From contig CAVPQB010000003.1 of the NCBI GenBank assembly GCA_963707505.1, positions 672,001-736,000 of the forward strand: a DNA stretch of 64,000 nt, given 5' to 3'. Under the pieces are notes generated by a model. The model did no database searches and was not told where the DNA came from. It worked only from the letters and a program-made list of their open reading frames with translations. Below, piece by piece: positions 32,466 to 41,758 of this stretch. Origin of the DNA: an uncultured Gemmatimonadales bacterium (GTDB lineage: Bacteria > Gemmatimonadota > Gemmatimonadetes > Gemmatimonadales > Gemmatimonadaceae). A program made the translations under genes and the position numbers. Position 1 is the stretch's first letter, and every line of letters starts with the position of its first letter.

Positions 32466-32873
32466 TTGATGGCGGTCGACTACGGCGACAGACGCGTCGG
32501 ACTGGCGATCAGCGATCCGACCGGCACGATCGCATCTCCAGCCGGTTTCATCGAGCGTCGTGCGGGAAAGCGACCGCCAGTCGCAGAAATGATTCGTCGC
32601 GCCGAAGCGCTCGAGGCGAGCGGCTTCGTGTTGGGACTTCCGCTTGACGGCGCGGGCGAGGAAACGCCGCGCTGTGCGGAGGTGCGGGTGGTAGGCGCAG
32701 CGCTCCAGGAACGCACCGGACTCCGAGTGCGATACGTGGATGAGCGCTACACCACCGCCGCCGCGCTGCGCAGCGTGCGCGACATGGGTGGGTCCGTAAA
32801 GGGTCGCAAGGGCGACGTGGACGCAATGGCTGCCGCGCTGCTGCTGCAGCACGCGCTCAACCTTCCCGAATAA
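32466..32873 (+). CDS. ruvX: Holliday junction resolvase-like / pre-16S rRNA nuclease YqgF
   Basis: AVDYGDRRVGLAISD, VLGLP, DERYTT, VDAMAA. Confidence 0.92.
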   Translation: MMAVDYGDRRVGLAISDPTGTIASPAGFIERRAGKRPPVAEMIRRAEALEASGFVLGLPLDGAGEETPRCAEVRVVGAALQERTGLRVRYVDERYTTAAALRSVRDMGGSVKGRKGDVDAMAAALLLQHALNLPE

Positions 32874-32876
32874 CAG

Positions 32877-33893
32877 ATGCAAGCGATCCGGCTCGGGCCG
32901 TTTCTCAGATCCACGGCCGTTGTGACAGCGCTCCTGTTGGGAGCGTGCGAAGGTCCGCACGGCAACCCTGTGCGCGTCATAGTCCCGCGCGGTGCGTCAT
33001 TCCGTACGGCGGCGGATTCGATGGCGGCGGCTGGAGTCATAACGTCGCCGCTAGCGTTCCGTGTATACGCGCGGTTGAAGGGACGGGACCGCCAGATTCA
33101 GGCCGGCACCTACCTGCTTCGCCGCGGCACACGCTGGAGCGATCTGGTTGGCGAGATGAATGGCGGAGTGGGCATCCTCAACCGCGTGACGATACCCGAA
33201 GGCTTCACGATCAGTCAGATCACTCCGGTACTGGTCCGCGCACTGAACACGACCAGCGACTCGGTCGACGCAGCAGTGCGTGATTCGACGCTGCGCACGC
33301 GGCTCGCCGACCCGGCGGAAACGCTGGAAGGCTATCTGTTCCCGGACACTTACGTCTTCGCACCCGGCACGACCGCACGCGAGGCGGTCACGGAGATGGT
33401 GAGGCGCTTCGAGCGAGAATGGAAGCCCGGGTACGACGCTCAGGCCGCTGCATTGGGTCGCAGCCGGCACGAGATCGTAACGATGGCATCGATAGTCGAG
33501 AAGGAGGCGCGCCTTCCGGAGGAGCGGCCGGTGATCGCGGCGGTTTACTACAATCGCCTCAAATACAACATGCCTTTACAGGCCGATCCGACGGTACAGT
33601 ACGCACTTGGCAGGCACACGGAGCGTGTTCTGTATCGCGATCTGACCATCGACTCGCCGTACAACACGTATCTGCATCCAGGATTGCCGCCCGGACCCAT
33701 CGCGTCACCGGGCGGCGCAAGCCTGCGCGCGGCGCTCGCTCCGGCAAAGGTGCCATTTCTCTATTTCGTCGCGGCGCCGGACGGACATCACGAATTTCGC
33801 GAAACGATGGCAGGTCACGAAGAGGCGAAGCGTGCGGTGCGAGCGGAGCGTAACGTGGACAGCGCGCCGAAGAAAAAGCGCAACGCGCGGTAG
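32877..33893 (+). CDS. mltG: Endolytic transglycosylase MltG
   Basis: LEGYLFPDTY, ASIVEKE, LQADPTVQY, SPYNTY, GLPPGPI. Confidence 0.95.
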   Translation: MQAIRLGPFLRSTAVVTALLLGACEGPHGNPVRVIVPRGASFRTAADSMAAAGVITSPLAFRVYARLKGRDRQIQAGTYLLRRGTRWSDLVGEMNGGVGILNRVTIPEGFTISQITPVLVRALNTTSDSVDAAVRDSTLRTRLADPAETLEGYLFPDTYVFAPGTTAREAVTEMVRRFEREWKPGYDAQAAALGRSRHEIVTMASIVEKEARLPEERPVIAAVYYNRLKYNMPLQADPTVQYALGRHTERVLYRDLTIDSPYNTYLHPGLPPGPIASPGGASLRAALAPAKVPFLYFVAAPDGHHEFRETMAGHEEAKRAVRAERNVDSAPKKKRNAR

Positions 33894-33904
33894 TAGCGCA
33901 CATC

Positions 33905-33963
33905 GTCGCCATTCCATGAATGGCGGCTACAGATTCGTCATTCCTGCAAAAGCGGGGATGACG
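33905..33963. repeat. Two adjacent REP-like palindromes (GTAG-type and GTCATTCC-type)
   Basis: Minus-strand GTAGCCGCCATTCATGGAATGGCGAC followed by cgtcattcctgcaaaagcggggatgacg. Confidence 0.7.
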
Positions 33964-33995
33964 AGCTGCCGGTTACCGCCTTCGCGGGACTCCGC

Positions 33996-34823
33996 CTAGC
34001 CCTTACCTGCGGGGTGGCGTTGCCGCGGCGCGGTGTCTCGCCACCGGAAGCTGACGTCGGGTGCATCGACGCGGTCGCCATGCTGCGTTCGCTTGCGTCG
34101 CTCCGGCGCGCGCTCGACAGCAGATGCTGCGCGCATTTGAGCGCGCACGCTCGCGATTACGGGCGGTGCGAGAAACAGATCGACCAGATCCGGATCGAAT
34201 TGCGTGGCGCGCCCGGCGGCAATCACTCCCATCGCGACGGCCACGCTCCTGCCGGCCCGGTAGCGTCGTGAGTGTGTGATCGCGTCGAACGTATCAGCGA
34301 TTGCGACCACTCGCGATGATAGCGGAATCGCACTCTTCTTGAGACCGCGCGGATAGCCGGATCCATCCCAGCGCTCGTGATGCGCCACGACGCCCTTGGG
34401 CAGATCGGGGTAGAATGCCGCGAGCGGCTCGAGGACCTTCGCGCCGCGCTCGGGATGAGTGCGAATCTCTTTGCGCTCCTGCCGATCGAGCTTGCTGTGA
34501 TCGTGAATCACGTCGAAAAGAGCTTCGTGAATCTTTCCAATGTCGTGGAACAGGGCCACGCGCTCGACGACACTCGCCTCGTGCTCATCACAGCCCATCG
34601 CATCCACAAGAACGAGTGAATATCGCGCGACGCGGCGTACGTGCGCTCCGGTAACGGGGTCATTGGCGTCGATTGCGTTCAGCAGCGTTTCGAGCGCCGC
34701 GGCACCGAGCCGCTCGAATTTCGCGAGCGTGCTGTGCCGCCTGTGCAACGCCATGGCGGTGGCTGGAACGGCAACACCGAGTAACGCGGTAACCTGCCGC
34801 GTGGGATTTAATGGTCGCTTCAT
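33996..34823 (-). CDS. HD-GYP domain protein (putative cyclic dinucleotide phosphodiesterase)
   Basis: HVRRV, HDIGK, HHERWDGSGYP, ADTFDA. Confidence 0.88.
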   Translation of the reverse strand: MKRPLNPTRQVTALLGVAVPATAMALHRRHSTLAKFERLGAAALETLLNAIDANDPVTGAHVRRVARYSLVLVDAMGCDEHEASVVERVALFHDIGKIHEALFDVIHDHSKLDRQERKEIRTHPERGAKVLEPLAAFYPDLPKGVVAHHERWDGSGYPRGLKKSAIPLSSRVVAIADTFDAITHSRRYRAGRSVAVAMGVIAAGRATQFDPDLVDLFLAPPVIASVRAQMRAASAVERAPERRKRTQHGDRVDAPDVSFRWRDTAPRQRHPAGKG

Positions 34824-34862
34824 CGATACGGCTGCTGACGCAAGAATCATGTACTTTCCGGC

Positions 34863-36044
34863 ATGCCGTCAACTCAACGCCGCCCTGCAGCGACCGTTTC
34901 AGCACGTGGCGCTCGACGGTGGGACTCCGGTCACCCGTGGATTTTCAGGAGCGACGTCGTCTCGCCACCAGATTCCGGCGCTGGCATCGTCGAGGTACAG
35001 GACCAGCGCGCCAGACCGCTTGGCGTGGCACTATGGAGCCCTCGCTCCGAAATATCGCTCAGACTGCTGGACCGTGAAGCAAGCGCCACGATTGACCGGT
35101 CATGGTGGAAGGCGCGGATAGCTGCCGCGAATGCACGCCGCGCGACTTTGGGGGGACGCACCAATGCCTGGCGCGTCGTGCACGGCGAGGGGGACGGCCT
35201 GCCATCGCTCGTTGTGGACAGGTACGGCGATCACATCGTGACGCAGCTGTCCAGCGCAGGCATCGAAGCGTGCAGCGCCGAGATCGCAGCCGCTCTGATC
35301 GAGCTTTTCAAACCGTCAGGCATTCTCGCACGGAACGACGCAGGCTCACGGGAGCGCGAGGGATTGCCGCGCGAAACGGTGCTGCTTCATGGCGACGTCC
35401 CGCAGGAAATCGAGATAGACGAATACGGTGTGAAGTATCTGGCGGCGCCATGGACCGGGCAGAAGACCGGCGCGTTTCTCGACCAGCGCGAAAACAGACA
35501 CCTGATCGGCCAGCTGGCGCGAGGTAGCGCTCTCGACTGCTTCAGCTATCACGGCTCGTTCGCGCTGCATCTGGCACGCAATGCCGACAGAGTTACCGCA
35601 CTGGACGCATCTGCTCCTGCGCTGGAACGGGCCGCGGAGAACGCTCGGCGGAACGAACTGAGCAATGTCGATTTCGTCGTCGCGGACGCGTTCGAGTTTC
35701 TCCGTGACAGGGAGCGCGACGGAACGCGCTATGACACGATTGTCCTGGACCCGCCTGCCTTCGCGAAAAACAAACCCTCGCTGCCTGGCGCGATACGTGG
35801 TTACAAGGACATCAACATGAGGGCGATGCGACTGTTGAAGCCTGGGGGCCTGCTATTCACCGCAAGTTGCAGCTTCCATCTCACCAGGCCGCTATTCCTC
35901 GACATGCTTCGCGCCGCTGCTGCCGACAGCGGACGTCGCATGATCCTGCGTGAGTTGACCGGACAACCGATCGATCATCCGGAGCTGTTGACCGTTCCGG
36001 AAACCGGCTATTTGAAGGGAGCGCTGCTCGAAGCGGAAAGTTGA
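34863..36044 (+). CDS. RlmI-type rRNA SAM methyltransferase
   Basis: GHPWIF PUA-like start, HGEGDGLP, GQKTGAFLDQRENR, LDPPAF, SCS. Confidence 0.88.
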   Translation: MPSTQRRPAATVSARGARRWDSGHPWIFRSDVVSPPDSGAGIVEVQDQRARPLGVALWSPRSEISLRLLDREASATIDRSWWKARIAAANARRATLGGRTNAWRVVHGEGDGLPSLVVDRYGDHIVTQLSSAGIEACSAEIAAALIELFKPSGILARNDAGSREREGLPRETVLLHGDVPQEIEIDEYGVKYLAAPWTGQKTGAFLDQRENRHLIGQLARGSALDCFSYHGSFALHLARNADRVTALDASAPALERAAENARRNELSNVDFVVADAFEFLRDRERDGTRYDTIVLDPPAFAKNKPSLPGAIRGYKDINMRAMRLLKPGGLLFTASCSFHLTRPLFLDMLRAAAADSGRRMILRELTGQPIDHPELLTVPETGYLKGALLEAES

Positions 36045-36174
36045 AGTCGAGAGGCGAAGCGAGACGTTGATGCAGACCGGCGTGTCCAGGGGCGTACCGA
36101 GCCGGCCTGCGTACGGTTTCGGCATTCGCGCGGCCCCTTGCGCGCCGATCTCCTGACTCTAGCTTCAAGTGCGC

Positions 36175-36942
36175 ATGTCCAATCGGCCGCAGAGATCGAT
36201 CCGCTACGAATACCAGCTCTACGTCGAGAATGAAATCGAGACGTACAAGGAGTCGTTACCTCGTCGCGCACTCCTCAAGCTCGGGGACGAAGCCGTGGGC
36301 GCGTTGCGCGACGAGCAGCAGCTCGCACTGACCGAGCTGGTCGTATGGGAAGAAGTGGACCGGATCATCTTCAAGCGCCTGCGCCTCGTCAGCTACGAGA
36401 CATGGCGACGGAAGCGACTCAAGGATCAGCGCGAGCGCCAGCGTCCCGAGCACTGGGGATTCGCTCCGGACTGCGCGCTCGCGCGCGAAGTGCGGCCACC
36501 CGCGGATTCGAACGTGCTCGTGAGCGGCGACGACAACGAGCGAGTCGCCTGCTATCTCGCCGCGCACGGCTATGAAGTATTCGCGGTCGGCAACGAGCGC
36601 GGCGTTGTTCAGCGGATCGTCAACGCTGCAGAGGAAGCCGGCCTCATAGATCGAGTGCACGGCTACATCGCCGATCTGCGCGAGTGGTCGCGCGAAGTCG
36701 AGCTGAGCGCCGTTGTGTGTTCACAGAGCGCCTTCAGCGGTCTGTCCAGCGAAGAGCGGCGCGAGGCGATCCGCCTACTCCAGGAAGTGACGCGCGACGG
36801 CGGCGTGCATCTGGTCAGCGCCATGGATCACGACGAATCGACGATGCACGAACTCTCCGCGCAGTATCGCGGCTGGCAGATATCAGTCGAGCTGCACGGA
36901 AGCGTGCCGGCAAGTTTCGTGGCCAGAAAGGGCGCCGCATAA
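36175..36942 (+). CDS. Hypothetical protein, helical N-domain plus degenerate methyltransferase-like fold
   Basis: Long ORF with typical codon usage; YLAAHGYEVFAV and LQEVTRDGGVHLV resemble class I MTase strands. Confidence 0.55.
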   Translation: MSNRPQRSIRYEYQLYVENEIETYKESLPRRALLKLGDEAVGALRDEQQLALTELVVWEEVDRIIFKRLRLVSYETWRRKRLKDQRERQRPEHWGFAPDCALAREVRPPADSNVLVSGDDNERVACYLAAHGYEVFAVGNERGVVQRIVNAAEEAGLIDRVHGYIADLREWSREVELSAVVCSQSAFSGLSSEERREAIRLLQEVTRDGGVHLVSAMDHDESTMHELSAQYRGWQISVELHGSVPASFVARKGAA

Positions 36943-36968
36943 TCGCGTTGCATCATCCCGTATGATGA

Positions 36969-37001
36969 CAAACGCCCGTGTCAATTTGACACGGGCGTTT
37001 G
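36969..37001. terminator. Perfect inverted repeat, probable terminator
   Basis: caaacgcccgtgtca-att-tgacacgggcgtttg. Confidence 0.7.
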
Positions 37002-37168
37002 CATTTCTGTGTGTCCATTCGTATCCCCGCGCACGCTCACGATCAGGCGCGCACTTTCGTAAATCGTTCGTAAATCGTTGCGCCCGCGTCACTTGCCGCG
37101 TTCGGCAAGAGGCAGGTTAGCGTGGCCCCCGCTGTGCTTTACAGAAGCGCATGAAGGAGGCACCCAAC

Positions 37169-37318
37169 ATGACCAAGAACGTAGATACGAAGCGCTCGGA
37201 CGAGCCGCTCGGCATCATCATATCGCGTGGCTCGCGTGACGAGCCCACGCCAATCTTCTCAACCTATGTGTGGGGTCCAGCACCCGATCCAGCAGACGGC
37301 GCGTCGAAAGCCGCCTAG
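37169..37318 (+). CDS. Small 49-aa protein below the ORF-track cutoff
   Basis: AAGGAGG RBS 8 nt before ATG; MTKNVDTKRSDEPLGIIISRGSRDEPTPIFSTYVWGPAPDPADGASKAA*; terminator follows. Confidence 0.7.
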   Translation: MTKNVDTKRSDEPLGIIISRGSRDEPTPIFSTYVWGPAPDPADGASKAA

Positions 37319-37346
37319 ACAACTGACGCACTGAATACAGGCAACA

Positions 37347-37375
37347 AAAAAGCCGGCTCATCGCCGGCCTTTTTG
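37347..37375. terminator. Bidirectional intrinsic terminator
   Basis: aaaaagccggc-tcatc-gccggcctttttg between convergent genes. Confidence 0.8.
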
Positions 37376-37389
37376 TTTGGTGCAACTGC

Positions 37390-37731
37390 TTACATCGTGA
37401 CTGCTGCGCCCGCGGCGCCGGCACCACTGGCCTTGCGACGAGAGCTGGACTTACGGCGAGAGCTCTTGCGCGCGGTCTTCTTGCGCGCAGCGCCCTTACG
37501 GGCGGTCTTCTTACGGCCGGAGCTCTTCCGAGCCGCGCTCTTGCGGGTGGTCTTCTTGCGAGTGCTCTTCTTGCGCGCGCCGCCCTTACGGGTGGTCTTG
37601 CGTGCGCCGCCCTTGCGGGTGGTCTTCTTACGAGCGCCGCCCTTGCGGGCTCCCTTGCGCGCGCCGCCCTTGCGAGCTGTTTTCTTGCGAGCACCTGCTT
37701 TCTTACGACCACCCTTCTTCGCTGCTGCCAT
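37390..37731 (-). CDS. Lys/Arg-rich histone H1-like nucleoid protein
   Basis: 113 aa of repeated ARKK/TRKGG/ARKS, no acidic residues; AGGAGA RBS; own terminator. Confidence 0.8.
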   Translation of the reverse strand: MAAAKKGGRKKAGARKKTARKGGARKGARKGGARKKTTRKGGARKTTRKGGARKKSTRKKTTRKSAARKSSGRKKTARKGAARKKTARKSSRRKSSSRRKASGAGAAGAAVTM

Positions 37732-37871
37732 GATTGCATCTCCTATCGGAGTTCACCTTCCCGGCGTTCCCCCGGTGGGCCGCCTGGGCACAGCACGCGG
37801 ACTGATACTGCTCGCCCGCGCCGTTACGAATTCAGCGCATTTCGCGCAATACGAATTCGTAACTACAAGAG

Positions 37872-37900
37872 AATATACGGATCGCGTATTTGCAAGGCAA
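37872..37900 (-). promoter_or_regulatory. Putative sigma70 promoter for the histone-like gene
   Basis: Minus strand TTGCCT-N17-TATATT in an AT-rich intergenic region. Confidence 0.4.
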
Positions 37901-37965
37901 TACTTTAGTTACAGATTTCGTCATCACCACCAAAGCACCACTCACCATGTTTCGGAGTTGAACGC

Positions 37966-38994
37966 GTGAAAGCGCTTGTCAAAGCTGTCGCAGGTCCGGG
38001 TTTCACCATGCGCGATGTCCCCATCCCGGAGATACGCGACGACGAAGTGCTGATCAAAGTTCGGCGTGCTGGTGTGTGCGGCACGGACGTGCATATCTAC
38101 GATTGGGACGATTGGGCCAAGGGCCGCTGTCATCCGCCATTCACCGTCGGACATGAATTTTCCGGCGACGTTGTTAGTGTCGGCAAGTTGGTCACAGACG
38201 TTCACGAGGGCGATCGGGTAACCGCCGAGGGACACATCGTCGACGGTCGCTGCCTGCTCTGCCGCACTGGTAATTCACACGTCTGTCCCTACACGAAAAT
38301 CATCGGCGTCGACCGGGACGGGTGCTTCGCCGAATACATCGCGATGCCTTCGACGAACGTCTGGCACCTGGATGATTCCACCCCGTACGAGATCGGCGGA
38401 ATCATGGATCCCATGGGGAACGCGTTCCATACGGCGCTCACGGCCGACATCCCCGGATCAGTCGTGCTCATCACCGGATGCGGTCCGATCGGCATCTTCG
38501 CCGTCGGCATTTGCAAGGCTGCGGGCGCATCGCGGATCATCGCGTCGGACGTGAACGAGACTCGCCTGGCTCTCGCAAAACAGATGGGCGCGCACGATGT
38601 GGTTCATCCCGCCGAAGCTGAAGCCGCGGTCAAGGCTGCGACCGACGGACTCGGCGCCGATGTCGTTCTCGAGATGTCCGGAGTGGCATCCGCGATCCAT
38701 CAAGCCTTCGGACTCGTGCGCGTTGGCGGCAGAGTTCAGATGCTCGGCATCCCCTCCAAGCCGATCGATGTGAACTTTGCGAACGAGGTGATCTTCAAGG
38801 GAATCACCATCTACGGAGTCGTGGGACGGAAGATGTACGACACCTGGATCCAGATGACGCGCTTCCTCCGCTCCGGCGAGTTCGATCCGACGCCGGTCAT
38901 CACCCACAGATTCCCGCTCGCCGATTTCGATGCCGCGATCGCCGCCATCAAATCGGGCCATGCCGGCAAGGTTGTTTTTGAGATCGCGGATTGA
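37966..38994 (+). CDS. tdh: L-threonine 3-dehydrogenase
   Basis: CGTDVHIY.WD.WA, GHEFSG, AEGHIV, DPMGNAFHT; next to kbl. Confidence 0.93.
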   Translation: MKALVKAVAGPGFTMRDVPIPEIRDDEVLIKVRRAGVCGTDVHIYDWDDWAKGRCHPPFTVGHEFSGDVVSVGKLVTDVHEGDRVTAEGHIVDGRCLLCRTGNSHVCPYTKIIGVDRDGCFAEYIAMPSTNVWHLDDSTPYEIGGIMDPMGNAFHTALTADIPGSVVLITGCGPIGIFAVGICKAAGASRIIASDVNETRLALAKQMGAHDVVHPAEAEAAVKAATDGLGADVVLEMSGVASAIHQAFGLVRVGGRVQMLGIPSKPIDVNFANEVIFKGITIYGVVGRKMYDTWIQMTRFLRSGEFDPTPVITHRFPLADFDAAIAAIKSGHAGKVVFEIAD

Positions 38995-39002
38995 AATCCA
39001 AT

Positions 39003-39105
39003 CGTCGTCGCCCCCATGGCAGGGGCGACGCATGCGTCGCCCCTGTACATGCGTCGCCCCGATCTGTGTCGTCCAAATCCGCAGCGCCCCGAATCTGCGT
39101 CGCCC
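39003..39105. repeat. Degenerate REP cluster
   Basis: gcaggggcgacgcatgcgtcgcccctg palindrome plus several (tg)cgtcgccc half-copies. Confidence 0.7.
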
Positions 39106-39129
39106 GCTCCTCCCATCACGTGATATAAA

Positions 39130-40335
39130 ATGATCAACAAGAATTTTGTCTCGTCCCTCGAAGCGTCCATCCAGCAGCTCAAGGATGAGAAGGTTTACAA
39201 GCAGCTCAATTACCTGGAATCGCCGCAGTCGGCACATGTGAAGATGGAAGGCCGCGGCGATGTTCTCATCCTCTCCTCCAACAATTACCTCGGCTTCTGC
39301 GACGAGCCCGCTGTCGTCGATGCGGGCATCAAGGGACTTCAGACATTCGGTGCCGGAACGGGCAGCGTCCGTTTCATCTGCGGCACATTCACGGTCCATC
39401 GCGAGCTCGAAAGTGCGCTCGCCAAACTGGTCGGAACCGAGGCGGCGCTCTCGTACGTCTCCGCCTGGAATGCCAATGAGGGACTGACTGCGTCGATCGC
39501 GCAGGAAGGCGACTTCGTGATCTCGGACGCTCTGAACCACGCGTCGATCATCGACTCGATGCGGCTCGCCAAGTCGATCACAAAGTGTACTACCGGCGTC
39601 TACGCCCACTCCGACATGGACGACCTGCGCACCAAGCTTCGCGGCGCAAAATCCGCCCGCCGGCGCATCATCTGGACCGACGGAGTCTTCTCGATGGAAG
39701 GCAGCATCGCGAAGCTGCCCGAGATCCTCGACATCGCACGCGAGCACGATGCGATCGTCGTCATGGATGATTCGCACGCCACCGGCGTACTCGGTAAAAC
39801 CGGGCGAGGCACCGCCGAGCATTTCGGCGTGCTCGGCGAAGTGGACATCATTACCTCGACACTGGGAAAGGCGTTGGGCGGCGCCGCTGGCGGCTTCGTT
39901 GCAGGCGCTACGGCGCTGTGCGACACGTTGACCCAACGCTCGCGTCCACAGCTGTTCTCCAACGCGTTACCGCCTACAGTGGCCGCCAGCGCGCTCGCGT
40001 CGGTGAACTTCCTTACCAGTCATCCTGACCGAGTGCAGCGACTTCGGGATAACGCCAGCTACTTTCGCGGAGCGATTCAGGAAGCCGGGTTCAAACCCCT
40101 CGCGGGCGAGACGCCAATTGTGCCGATAATCGTTGGAGAGACGTCCGCGGCCATACGCATGAGTGACATGTTGCTGGCCCAAGGCGTCTTTGTCACAGGT
40201 TTCGGCTTTCCCGTCGTGCCGCAGGGCGAGGCGCGGGTGCGCTGTCAGATAAGCGCCTCGCACTCCCGGGACGATCTGGATCGCGCCGTCGCTGCCATCA
40301 CGTCAGTCGGGAGGCAGCTGCGGATCATCTCATAA
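39130..40335 (+). CDS. kbl: Glycine C-acetyltransferase
   Basis: SNNYLG, SVRFICGT, DALNHASIID, DDSHATG, TLGKALGG. Confidence 0.93.
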   Translation: MINKNFVSSLEASIQQLKDEKVYKQLNYLESPQSAHVKMEGRGDVLILSSNNYLGFCDEPAVVDAGIKGLQTFGAGTGSVRFICGTFTVHRELESALAKLVGTEAALSYVSAWNANEGLTASIAQEGDFVISDALNHASIIDSMRLAKSITKCTTGVYAHSDMDDLRTKLRGAKSARRRIIWTDGVFSMEGSIAKLPEILDIAREHDAIVVMDDSHATGVLGKTGRGTAEHFGVLGEVDIITSTLGKALGGAAGGFVAGATALCDTLTQRSRPQLFSNALPPTVAASALASVNFLTSHPDRVQRLRDNASYFRGAIQEAGFKPLAGETPIVPIIVGETSAAIRMSDMLLAQGVFVTGFGFPVVPQGEARVRCQISASHSRDDLDRAVAAITSVGRQLRIIS

Positions 40336-40348
40336 TGTAGGAGTCTTC

Positions 40349-41002
40349 ATGGGCCGCACCCGCCGTCGTTTGCTCGCCGCTGTTCCTTTACTTCTCTGCC
40401 TCGCGGCCACGACGGCTCATGCGCAGCAGGAGCAGCTATTCCGGAACTCATGGTTCTGGGGTCTGCACGCCGGAAGCACGGCGATCGGAACTCCCGCCCG
40501 CTCCACCACTCAGGCCGGCACACTTGGCGCTGAGTGGATGATAACGCGGACCGACGGCGGACTGTATGTATCGTACGACCAGGCGAGTTTTTCCCGCACG
40601 GTCGGTGTCGCCGATCCGAGTGCGTCCAATGGAGCACGGCCGGTCGCACTTCACGATCTCCGAACGATATCGATCGGCGGCGTCGCGTTCCCGTGGCACT
40701 CCGGGCATTTCCGTCCGTACGCCGGACTCGGTTACGCGCTCAGCCTGATCGGCAGCGCCGACATTCAGCCCGACTCGCTCAACACTCCGGTTCCATCGGG
40801 ATTGGCATCGACCGTCGACGACGCTCGCAGCCGCAGCTCGGTCTTCGCGCTCGCTGGCGCACAGTGGCAGATAAACCGCGCGGCGATCTTTGCTCAGGCG
40901 TCATTCATACCGTCCAGCAGCCAGTTCCTCGTGACCAAGCCAATCACGAGCATCACGGCCGGTGTCCGCTACAACTTTGGAACGTCGATAGAAGGTCAGT
41001 AA
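40349..41002 (+). CDS. Small outer-membrane beta-barrel protein
   Basis: Signal peptide (AHA-QQ), alternating strands, RPYAGLG, GVRYNF. Confidence 0.7.
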   Translation: MGRTRRRLLAAVPLLLCLAATTAHAQQEQLFRNSWFWGLHAGSTAIGTPARSTTQAGTLGAEWMITRTDGGLYVSYDQASFSRTVGVADPSASNGARPVALHDLRTISIGGVAFPWHSGHFRPYAGLGYALSLIGSADIQPDSLNTPVPSGLASTVDDARSRSSVFALAGAQWQINRAAIFAQASFIPSSSQFLVTKPITSITAGVRYNFGTSIEGQ

Positions 41003-41008
41003 CATGGG

Positions 41009-41038
41009 TCGTCATTCCCGCGAAAGCGGGGATGACGA
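41009..41038. repeat. REP-like hairpin (GTCATTCCCGCGAAAGCGGG family)
   Basis: tcgtcattcccgcgaaagcggggatgacga between convergent genes. Confidence 0.8.
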
Positions 41039-41041
41039 GAA

Positions 41042-41644
41042 CTACCTCGTCTTGCGACTTCCGGATACGTATTCGTTCCCGGTAACAAACCAGCGCAGCG
41101 GCCAGTCCGCTGCGTGCCGGATACCGATGCGCGGCGTTACTGTCACGGCGGAATCCGGATAGGATATGTACTCGCGAACCACCAGCGAGCCGTGTTGCAA
41201 CGACTGCCGGTTCATTGCTCCGGTAATGCCCATCGCGAGACACAACTTCCCGGGACCGTTGGTCAGTTCGCGGTCACGATGGGCATGCGGCCGCCGGTGA
41301 CGCATCAGCGACATCCCTTCTACTGGCTCGACAGCGCGAACGAGCACCGCGCTTGGCAGTCCCGCTGCGCGCGTAACTGCGTTGACGCACCAGTACATGC
41401 CATAGATGAAATACACGTACGCGATCCCGCCGCGCTCATACAATGGCGCGGTTCGCGCCGTCAGGCCAGCGGCTGCGTGGCATGCTGCATCGTGCTCGCC
41501 GACGTACGCTTCGGTCTCGACGATGATTCCACTCGTGGTTCCCTCGGACGTTTTGCACTGCAGCAACGTACCGAGCATGGCGCGGGCTACGATCTCGGTG
41601 TCGCGCTCGTAGAAACTCGCGGGGATGATGCGTCCTGGCTTCAC
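41042..41644 (-). CDS. mpg: DNA-3-methyladenine glycosylase (MPG family)
   Basis: IVETEAY, YVYFIYGMY, VLVRAVEP, NGPGKL, RIGI. Confidence 0.92.
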   Translation of the reverse strand: MKPGRIIPASFYERDTEIVARAMLGTLLQCKTSEGTTSGIIVETEAYVGEHDAACHAAAGLTARTAPLYERGGIAYVYFIYGMYWCVNAVTRAAGLPSAVLVRAVEPVEGMSLMRHRRPHAHRDRELTNGPGKLCLAMGITGAMNRQSLQHGSLVVREYISYPDSAVTVTPRIGIRHAADWPLRWFVTGNEYVSGSRKTR

Positions 41645-41683
41645 GTCACTTCGCGATGTTCATCATTAGTTACATAATGCCGA

Positions 41684-41725
41684 AGAGGGAATCCATGGAC
41701 GAGTAAACGAACATGGATTCCCTCT
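41684..41725. terminator. 14-bp-stem hairpin downstream of the NYN gene
   Basis: agagggaatccatg ... catggattccctct. Confidence 0.55.
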
Positions 41726-41758
41726 CTGGTGATTACAACGACTCGTCTGAGGCAGCAG

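Noticed and set aside
36045..36137. tmRNA, SRP RNA or tRNA (minus strand starts GGGGCCG)
   Set aside because: No T-arm/CCA end, tag frame or SRP GGAAG loop motif; kept only as an unassigned structure.
37373..37969. Leu/Arg-repeat ORF on the + strand
   Set aside because: Antisense reading of the histone-like repeat gene.
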